Shown: piece after piece, positions 34,443-39,899 of the stretch
Numbering within the stretch: position 1 is the stretch's first letter
Layout: every line of letters begins with the position of its first letter
Source: Clostridiales bacterium
GTDB taxonomy: Bacteria; Bacillota; Clostridia; Lachnospirales; WRAX01
Length of the DNA stretch: 39,899 nt
Direction of reading: 5' to 3'
Assembly: GCA_031271375.1 (NCBI GenBank)
Contig: JAISVU010000027.1
Span: 1 to 39,899, forward strand
The notes under the pieces: model-generated
What the model saw: only the letters and a program-made list of their open reading frames with translations
Told to the model about the DNA's origin: nothing
Database searches by the model: none
Translations under genes and position numbers: made by a program

Positions 34443-35972
34443 CTACTTGAACAACAGCTCTGTAAGGCCGCTTTTATGTTCGCTCCCCGGACCGGGGACG
34501 TTGAGCAGGGTTATATTATCTATATGTAATGATTCTCTTCCGCATTTTATTACATCGCCGATTTTGACCGGGACGTTCTCCGTTACCGTAACCCCGTTCA
34601 GCCTGGTTTTATTTGTCTTGCTCAAGTGAATGATTACGACGCCGTCATCCCCGGCGGTGATTTTACACTGTTCCCTGGAAACCGTTTTATCCTCAAGCCG
34701 CAGGCCGCAGTGCTCCCCCCTGCCGATAAGCAGCTCGTCTTGAAATGACAGCGCCCATGTCTTTTTGGGGTCCTTCTGATTTGTCAGCTCAATCGAACAA
34801 CGGCTTGCAAACGGCCCTTTGCCGTATTCGGAATCGCCGTGCAAAAGTATTGTGTCATCGTCTTCATAATACTCCGGAGCGGCCTCAGCAGGCTCCCCGG
34901 CCTTCTTCCTTCGAAGGATTACAATAAAAAGAATGCCTGCGGCGGCTAAGACCAGCACAACCCCGGCGGCGATAAATATACCGCCTGGAATGCGTTCCTT
35001 AACAGGTTCGGGCTCGGGAATAACCTCTTCGTCAGCCGGTTCCGGCGCTGACGTGACAGGGGGTTGCGCGATAGGGCTGTCAACAGCCGGATACTTAAAG
35101 TCTGCGGTCAATTCAAGACTGCCGTCGGCAATATCGGTCTGCCTCACAGACCCGTCCATAAGGTTGGGTGGGGTAATGGCTTCGAGATAGGAATAACCGG
35201 CGACGGAAAGGGACGCCGCCAAGCCGCCCGGATCAGACGACGGGTCGAGGGTAAAATACCGGCCCCCGCTCAAACGCACTATTGAAGACAGCTCTTTGCT
35301 CTCGGGGCCGCCCTCGCTGACGCGCACCGCGTCGATCGGGTAGAACTTATCCTGCAGTTCGATCAGAAGCTCCTCTAATGTAATGCCTCTGGCGGTATCG
35401 TCTACCCCGTCCGTTATAACGACAGTCCGGTAAAAGACCGGCTTCCCGTCATGGGGTTCAAGGAGCGGGATCGTATCCTGTATCGCGTTGTAGACAATGC
35501 TCCAGTCCCCGTCAAACTCGACTTCGTCTATACCCTTCGCAATGTCGTAACGGTCTGATGAGAATTCCGTAAGGACGGTCAGCTCTTCCCCGAATATGGC
35601 AAGCCTGAACTCCTCGTTGGCCGCCTTGTTTTCGACCAGTTCATTAAGCGTTTCGATTACGACGCTTCTGGCGTCTCTGGGCATTGAGGTGGATATGTCA
35701 ACCAATAAGGTTGTTTTAATAAGGGCGTTTGGGCCGGAAAGGGAACCCGCAGCGGTTACCTCTGCGGGGATATTGGACACGGCAAGCCTAACGCTCTCGG
35801 CGTTCAACGGCCCGTCGGTAAAGACAGTCACAGCTCGTCCCGATATGTACATCTGGGAGATTTTCTGGTTTCCGCCGCCTACGGCGGACACGCTTAGGTA
35901 AGGCCCGTTAAACAGCGTAACGGATAGGAGTACGGCAATAAATACTGTAAACGCGGCCGGATACTTTTTCAT
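34443..35972 (-). CDS. Secreted vWA domain - TM helix - cytoplasmic FHA domain protein
   Basis: 509 aa. Signal peptide, MIDAS-type LLVDISTSM, ...VVITDGVDD, Pro/Glu-rich linker, TM IFIAAGVVLVLAAAGILFIVIL-RRKK. The C-terminal FHA has LLIGRGEHC...VSREQ...NKTRLNG. Confidence 0.85.
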   Translation of the reverse strand: MKKYPAAFTVFIAVLLSVTLFNGPYLSVSAVGGGNQKISQMYISGRAVTVFTDGPLNAESVRLAVSNIPAEVTAAGSLSGPNALIKTTLLVDISTSMPRDARSVVIETLNELVENKAANEEFRLAIFGEELTVLTEFSSDRYDIAKGIDEVEFDGDWSIVYNAIQDTIPLLEPHDGKPVFYRTVVITDGVDDTARGITLEELLIELQDKFYPIDAVRVSEGGPESKELSSIVRLSGGRYFTLDPSSDPGGLAASLSVAGYSYLEAITPPNLMDGSVRQTDIADGSLELTADFKYPAVDSPIAQPPVTSAPEPADEEVIPEPEPVKERIPGGIFIAAGVVLVLAAAGILFIVILRRKKAGEPAEAAPEYYEDDDTILLHGDSEYGKGPFASRCSIELTNQKDPKKTWALSFQDELLIGRGEHCGLRLEDKTVSREQCKITAGDDGVVIIHLSKTNKTRLNGVTVTENVPVKIGDVIKCGRESLHIDNITLLNVPGPGSEHKSGLTELLFK

Positions 35973-36008
35973 AGCACTCGTCCCTTAAAGCACAATCCAA
36001 TTTATGGT

Positions 36009-36037
36009 ATTATCCCACAAAAAACCGGTAATGTCAA
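36009..36037 (-). promoter_or_regulatory. Candidate internal promoter upstream of the vWA-FHA gene/essC
   Basis: On the minus strand: TTGACA, 17 nt, GATAAT. Confidence 0.4.
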
Positions 36038-36076
36038 TAGCTAATTCGCCCGGTCATTCGGAGGAATATCAAAGGA

Positions 36077-37774
36077 TCATGAATCGGGCACATATATCCA
36101 TTTAGTGTACTTCTGCACGCCATCCACGAAAACATACACCGTTTCTTCCGACCTGAGCAGCGCCATATCCACATAAACCGTATGCGGCAGCATATCTCTG
36201 CTTACTGTCTCCGAATAAATCGTCAGCCAAAAACCCGACGAATCCTTCCTTTGAATCGTGACCCATGCTTCGTCGGCCACGTCCGTGAACTCATTTGCCG
36301 TTATCGTAAACGCGTAGGCCGGATTAGAGGGAGGTGTAAAAGGGGGAGGTTCGCTTTCCGTTATTTCAGGCGTTTTGGCAGGCGTTCTGTAGGGCGGTTC
36401 AATGCCCCGACCATCGTCAGACCCGGCTTCATCGGGACGCCGTGACTGCTCCGGCGGCGGCGTTTCCGATGCGATATCTTCATAACCCGTTTCTTCTCCT
36501 TCTTCTCCGGTACCGCCGCCCGGTTCAGGGGTCATTGAATACCCTGTAAGGGCATTAGCCGATGGATCCGAAGGATTCGCGGTGAGGCCGGGCGTCGAAG
36601 GGACCGCAGGTTCGGAGGGCGGCGTTTCTTGAAGCGGGATTTCGGTTACAAGCCCCGCCGTTCCGTGAGCCGTCCTATCGTCGCGCTCAACAAAAAACCA
36701 CGGCAGAACAAACAAAGCGGCCGCAAGTAAAACCAATGCCCCGGCGACAACGATGATAAGCCGGTAATTTAAAGCGCTCTTATGTTTTTTAGGTTTAGGC
36801 GGCAAAGGCGGCGGAACGTCGCGGGACGGTTTTGGGGACGGGCTTGAGGCGCCGCTGTAAGAGCCCTCGGGCCCTTTGGATGAGCGCGGCTTTAAGACCC
36901 GCGCCTCTTTCTCTTCCCGGCTCAGTCCATCTAGACATTTCTCAAGCCCCGCTTTGAAGCTTTCCGCGTTCTTATAGCGGTCTTTCTTAGGGGCGCAGGC
37001 TTTCGACAGGCAATCCGCGAGCCTTTTGTTCCCGTGAATAGGGGGCGGGAACTCTTCCGTCCTGGACTTTCTTAGCAGCTTATACAGCACGATGCCCAGT
37101 GAATAGATATCAACTGTGTGGTCTCCCGGTTCCCTCGCGCTTATTTCCGGGGCCATGTATTCAAAAGTCCCCGCGACCGTCATAACCTGCGAGCCGCCGG
37201 ACAGATTCTTCGCGACGCCGAAATCCCCCAGCTTATACCCTCCCTCATCTGTGACGAAAAGGTTGGCTTCCTTAATGTCCCTGTGGACGACACCGTTTTT
37301 ATGGCACAGAATCAAAGCCTCACAGACGCTGATACCCAGAGACAGGATATCCCCGAGGCTCATCCCCTTTTCAAAAATAGCCGTCCTGAGGGGCTTTAGA
37401 TATTCCATCCTAATGAATATCTCACATCTGGACGGGTTATCGTACCGTTTTATTTCATGGTCGTAATAATTCACTATGTAGCGGCTGTCCTTCTTGCTAA
37501 GTTTGAAAAGGTTTGTTATTTCCTCCGTAGCCAGCTTGACCCGCTTTAAATAGCGCGAAAGGCTCGCGGCGCCGCCGTCGGTTACGCCGTCATAATCAAA
37601 TGATTCGCTTTCGCCTTCATCCCGGATTTCTATATGCTTGACAGCATAATTAATCCCCGTCTCCTCGTCCGCGGCCAGATAAACGCTTCCTGACGCGCCT
37701 CCGCCCAGGAACTTTATTAACTTGTGCCTTCCGGCATACCCGCCGGTTAAGTCGCGGCGTCCGCTTATATCCAT
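36077..37774 (-). CDS. Hanks-type Ser/Thr protein kinase - TM helix - Pro-rich linker - small extracellular beta domain
   Basis: 565 aa. G-loop LGGGASGSVY, AVKHI lysine, HRDIKEANL, DFG, YMAPE, TM LIIVVAGALVLLAAALFVLPWFFV. Confidence 0.9.
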   Translation of the reverse strand: MDISGRRDLTGGYAGRHKLIKFLGGGASGSVYLAADEETGINYAVKHIEIRDEGESESFDYDGVTDGGAASLSRYLKRVKLATEEITNLFKLSKKDSRYIVNYYDHEIKRYDNPSRCEIFIRMEYLKPLRTAIFEKGMSLGDILSLGISVCEALILCHKNGVVHRDIKEANLFVTDEGGYKLGDFGVAKNLSGGSQVMTVAGTFEYMAPEISAREPGDHTVDIYSLGIVLYKLLRKSRTEEFPPPIHGNKRLADCLSKACAPKKDRYKNAESFKAGLEKCLDGLSREEKEARVLKPRSSKGPEGSYSGASSPSPKPSRDVPPPLPPKPKKHKSALNYRLIIVVAGALVLLAAALFVLPWFFVERDDRTAHGTAGLVTEIPLQETPPSEPAVPSTPGLTANPSDPSANALTGYSMTPEPGGGTGEEGEETGYEDIASETPPPEQSRRPDEAGSDDGRGIEPPYRTPAKTPEITESEPPPFTPPSNPAYAFTITANEFTDVADEAWVTIQRKDSSGFWLTIYSETVSRDMLPHTVYVDMALLRSEETVYVFVDGVQKYTKWIYVPDS

Positions 37775-37817
37775 GTCGTTTTACTCCGCATCCGAACAAA
37801 GCCTATCACACATCATC

Positions 37818-37846
37818 ATAATATCACCTGGACATTTTAATGTCAA
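37818..37846 (-). promoter_or_regulatory. Near-consensus sigma-A promoter of the kinase/T7SS block
   Basis: On the minus strand: TTGACA (37846-37841), exactly 17 nt, TATTAT (37823-37818), about 45 nt upstream of the kinase ATG. Confidence 0.5.
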
Positions 37847-37875
37847 CTCGGCGCTCAAATAAATCGTTAAAAGGA

Positions 37876-37904
37876 TTGACTAAATATAACTTTTGGTGCA
37901 TAAT
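37876..37904 (+). promoter_or_regulatory. Candidate CRISPR leader promoter, divergent from the T7SS promoter
   Basis: TTGACT, 17 nt, CATAAT, preceded by TG. Confidence 0.35.
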
Positions 37905-37925
37905 TACAATCATGGGGTTTGAAAC
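37890..37925 (+). repeat. Degenerate CRISPR repeat (only the 3' 12 nt GGGGTTTGAAAC are conserved)
   Basis: 37914-37925 is identical to the 3' end of the two intact repeats. Upstream positions are mostly diverged. Confidence 0.35.
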
Positions 37926-37990
37926 GGGTATTAAAGGTACCATTGTCAGCAGTAACGTCAACAACTTTAGGATTACGTCCAACATTGCGT

Positions 37991-38132
37991 ATGTCATCCT
38001 GAGCGTTCAGGAGAATACGGACTTACATAGAAGTCCGGTAGCGAAGGATATTACTGTTAATCAAAACTTAAAAGATCCTTCGCTTTCAAACTCTCATCAA
38101 CGCCACACTGCCATGAACGCTCAGGATGACAT
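37991..38132. repeat. 142-bp nested imperfect palindrome (MITE-like or structured-RNA element)
   Basis: Outer 19-nt perfect arms ATGTCATCCTGAGCGTTCA (37991-38009) and TGAACGCTCAGGATGACAT (38114-38132). Inner 10-nt arms AGCGAAGGAT (38040-38049) and ATCCTTCGCT (38074-38083). There is also a local hairpin CGGACTT..AAGTCCG (38018-38037). Confidence 0.75.
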
Positions 38133-38194
38133 GTAGCAGTAAACATATATCCCTAAGTTGTAGACATTATTGTTAGCAGCGCAATCCCGCTAAT

Positions 38195-38305
38195 TTTCGC
38201 GAAGCCTTTTCCCCGAAAGGGGTTTGAAACGCCTCGTCGGGCTCTCCCGGCCCAGGCTTTGGTTGTCCATTTCGCGAAGCCTTTTCCCCGAAAGGGGTTT
38301 GAAAC
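38195..38305 (+). CRISPR. Mini CRISPR array: two identical 36-nt repeats and one 39-nt spacer
   Basis: Repeat TTTCGCGAAGCCTTTTCCCCGAAAGGGGTTTGAAAC at 38195-38230 and 38270-38305. An internal CCCC-GAAA-GGGG hairpin is followed by the 8-nt TTTGAAAC handle, so the crRNA would be on the + strand. Spacer GCCTCGTCGGGCTCTCCCGGCCCAGGCTTTGGTTGTCCA. cas6 is adjacent. Confidence 0.6.
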
Positions 38306-38320
38306 ATCACCGATTTTGAA

Positions 38321-38350
38321 CAAAAAAACCGCCTTCTATAGCAAGGCGGT
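38321..38350 (-). terminator. Rho-independent terminator of cas6
   Basis: On the minus strand: ACCGCCTT-GCTATAG-AAGGCGGT followed by TTTTTTTG. Confidence 0.7.
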
Positions 38351-38422
38351 GGCGCGTCGGAGTAAGTTTGTATGGCGGTTCAAGGGTTTTAGGCGCAAAC
38401 GGGGCATTAACAAGCTCACACT

Positions 38423-39139
38423 TTATTCCACAATCAATATCCCGCCCATCCCCAACGCCGTCTTTGCCCCAACCCCCGCATAGGCGGAGTAGCGAACAAG
38501 CAAGGCCAGACGGTCACGCTGTTCCTGATCTCCGCCGGGGCAGAGCGTTAGCTTGCCTTCAAAGCCAGGACGGGCGATACCAGGCTTGATTCTGTATTCC
38601 GCGGTACGCAGTTCATAGCGGGTATAGGTAACGAGGTCGCACAGCGTAAATACTTCTTCGTTGGAAATATCAATGCCCTCATACTTCCGCAGCTTTGCCG
38701 CGGCGGTATATAAAAGCGGCGGCAGCGAGTATAGATTAGAGGGACGCCGGTTATGGCGGTATGACGCCGGGGACGCTAGAATTATTCGGAATTCTTTAGG
38801 AGCCGGGCCGCGTAATTTCCCAATCGTAACCGCCGGTTTTTCAATGCGGTTCTCTATCATTATACCGTTTCTCAGCCACGATATTGCGATTGACCGCGCT
38901 GACTTCACCGCGTCAAAAAGCGGCGCGGCGTCCTCATGCAGCAAAGACAGCCGCAGCGCGATGTTGTTTTTCTGCACCCGGGCGAATAAGCTGAACGGCC
39001 GCAAATCGTCGGACATGTGCATCAGCTTAGAGTATTCCTCGCTGACCTGCCTCATCAGCCAGGCGTGAACCTTTACCGCCAGCTCACAGTTAAGCCGGGT
39101 CAGGTCGGGCTTTTCAAGGACGAAGTCAATTTGCCGCAT
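38423..39139 (-). CDS. cas6: CRISPR-associated endoribonuclease Cas6
   Basis: 238 aa. C-terminal glycine-rich loop YAGVGAKTALGMGG is typical of Cas6. It is adjacent to the repeat array. Confidence 0.75.
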   Translation of the reverse strand: MRQIDFVLEKPDLTRLNCELAVKVHAWLMRQVSEEYSKLMHMSDDLRPFSLFARVQKNNIALRLSLLHEDAAPLFDAVKSARSIAISWLRNGIMIENRIEKPAVTIGKLRGPAPKEFRIILASPASYRHNRRPSNLYSLPPLLYTAAAKLRKYEGIDISNEEVFTLCDLVTYTRYELRTAEYRIKPGIARPGFEGKLTLCPGGDQEQRDRLALLVRYSAYAGVGAKTALGMGGILIVE

Positions 39140-39152
39140 ATAAGAGCTCCCA

Positions 39153-39890
39153 TCATGGTGTTAAATAAAGGAGTATGTATATTGATTCCCTTAGCTTTGT
39201 AATTTGTTTGCTTGTTGAAAAATAGAGCGAGTTTCTTTCAAATAATTGATTTGATAGATTGACATCAGGACAATATATTATACAGTGAGTTTCTTTTCTT
39301 TCACAATAATCCGATATTTCAGTGCACAATGCGTCGTTAGAACTTTTAGCTTTGTATATTACAACCGAAGCATCTTCCGTTTTTCTTTTTACATCAGTAA
39401 AATCAGTTATTTTATGTATTCCTGCGATATACCCACGATCATTTATTTCGTTTTTAAGAGATCGCAAATTTTCATCGTTATCCATATATAGGAATACGAT
39501 TCTTTTTTCATAAATCTTTTTATCGCGCAACTTTAATAGCTCTTGAAATTCTCTATCGCACTTATCTTCGATTGATTTATGCGTATGAAATCCAAAAAAC
39601 AAAAGGACAGTGCCAGTAGCCGCAATAATCACGCCTAAAATCCAAATCAAAGTTTGCATTTGTTCTTTATAAAAATCAACATCGGACTGTAAATATAGTA
39701 GAGAAGACTGCTGACTAGGTATATTTAAATTATCAATGCGGTTGTTCAACTTCATGTACCAACAAACACCAAAAGAAAGGATAATTATAGCCGTACAACT
39801 TAACAAATGGGAAAAGATGCCGATAAATAAAACATGGCATACAGTGAGGACTACAGAAAAAGAGCAATAGAATACCACCGCGAAGGTCAT
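39153..39890 (-). CDS. AT-rich gene for a 3-TM membrane protein with a cytoplasmic alpha/beta (flavodoxin/TIR/receiver-like) domain
   Basis: 245 aa. TM segments FAVVFYCSFSVVLTVCHVLFIGIF, LLSCTAIIILSFGVCWYM and LIWILGVIIAATGTVLLFFGF. The C-terminal region alternates strands and helices (IVFLYM.., ASVVIYK.., HCIIYCP..). There is a 13-nt gap to cas6. The start is near the window edge and could lie further upstream. Confidence 0.55.
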   Translation of the reverse strand: MTFAVVFYCSFSVVLTVCHVLFIGIFSHLLSCTAIIILSFGVCWYMKLNNRIDNLNIPSQQSSLLYLQSDVDFYKEQMQTLIWILGVIIAATGTVLLFFGFHTHKSIEDKCDREFQELLKLRDKKIYEKRIVFLYMDNDENLRSLKNEINDRGYIAGIHKITDFTDVKRKTEDASVVIYKAKSSNDALCTEISDYCERKETHCIIYCPDVNLSNQLFERNSLYFSTSKQITKLRESIYILLYLTP

Positions 39891-39899
39891 ACGCTGGCG

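Noticed and set aside
37840-38136. 98-aa plus-strand ORF between the T7SS promoter and the CRISPR repeats
   Set aside because: It reads straight through a degenerate CRISPR repeat and both arms of the 142-bp palindrome. It has no RBS, and its sequence mirrors itself because of the inverted repeat.
38259-38589. 74- and 73-aa plus-strand ORFs across the CRISPR repeat, the cas6 terminator and the cas6 3' end
   Set aside because: They span a repeat and a terminator hairpin and run antisense to cas6. The composition is Pro/Arg/Ser-rich.

Overview
About 40 kb of a moderately GC-rich Bacillota (Clostridia-like) chromosome. All calls come from reading the ORF translations and the DNA by eye; no searches were run.

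The left two thirds (1-25.5 kb) are mostly ordinary metabolism and transport:
- an IS630-type transposase stump and an HxlR regulator;
- an Opp/Dpp-type peptide ABC importer (permease, permease, ATPase, ATPase, lipoprotein binding protein), interrupted after its first permease gene by a DUF1902/HicA toxin-antitoxin cassette and a GNAT gene. An in-frame duplicate of the permease 3' end marks the insertion;
- a PNPOx-like protein, an Rpn-nuclease remnant, an S8 protease and a GH29 fucosidase;
- a three-gene sugar-modification cassette;
- an unannotated 34-codon hydrophobic peptide gene with a convergent promoter/terminator unit, which looks like a type I toxin-antitoxin;
- an ask-thrC-orf-asd operon, a polar amino-acid ABC importer and an M20 amidohydrolase;
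- a decayed hicA with an intact hicB, then asnA.

The most interesting part is a single minus-strand block at 25.5-37.8 kb. It reads as a stripped-down, non-canonical type VII secretion (T7SSb-like) locus. In transcription order:
- a near-consensus promoter;
- an apparently active Hanks Ser/Thr kinase with the kinase-TM-ectodomain topology of EssB;
- a secreted vWA - TM - cytoplasmic FHA protein;
- EssC, whose FHA domain keeps the canonical phosphothreonine-binding residues;
- YukD/EsaB and a WXG100 pair;
- a membrane-anchored or lipoprotein immunity candidate, translationally coupled to the next gene;
- a 574-aa Mbeg1/DUF2974-type alpha/beta-hydrolase with a hydrophobic hairpin and a C-terminal helical domain, i.e. 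a 'reverse' TslA-like effector layout;
- three small helical WXG-like partner genes.

No EssA, EssB or EsaA homologue is recognisable in the block.

The right edge carries a two-repeat mini-CRISPR with a degenerate third repeat and a 142-bp nested palindrome in its leader. Next to it are an orphan cas6 and, abutting cas6, a sharply AT-rich gene for a 3-TM protein with a flavodoxin/TIR-like cytoplasmic domain.
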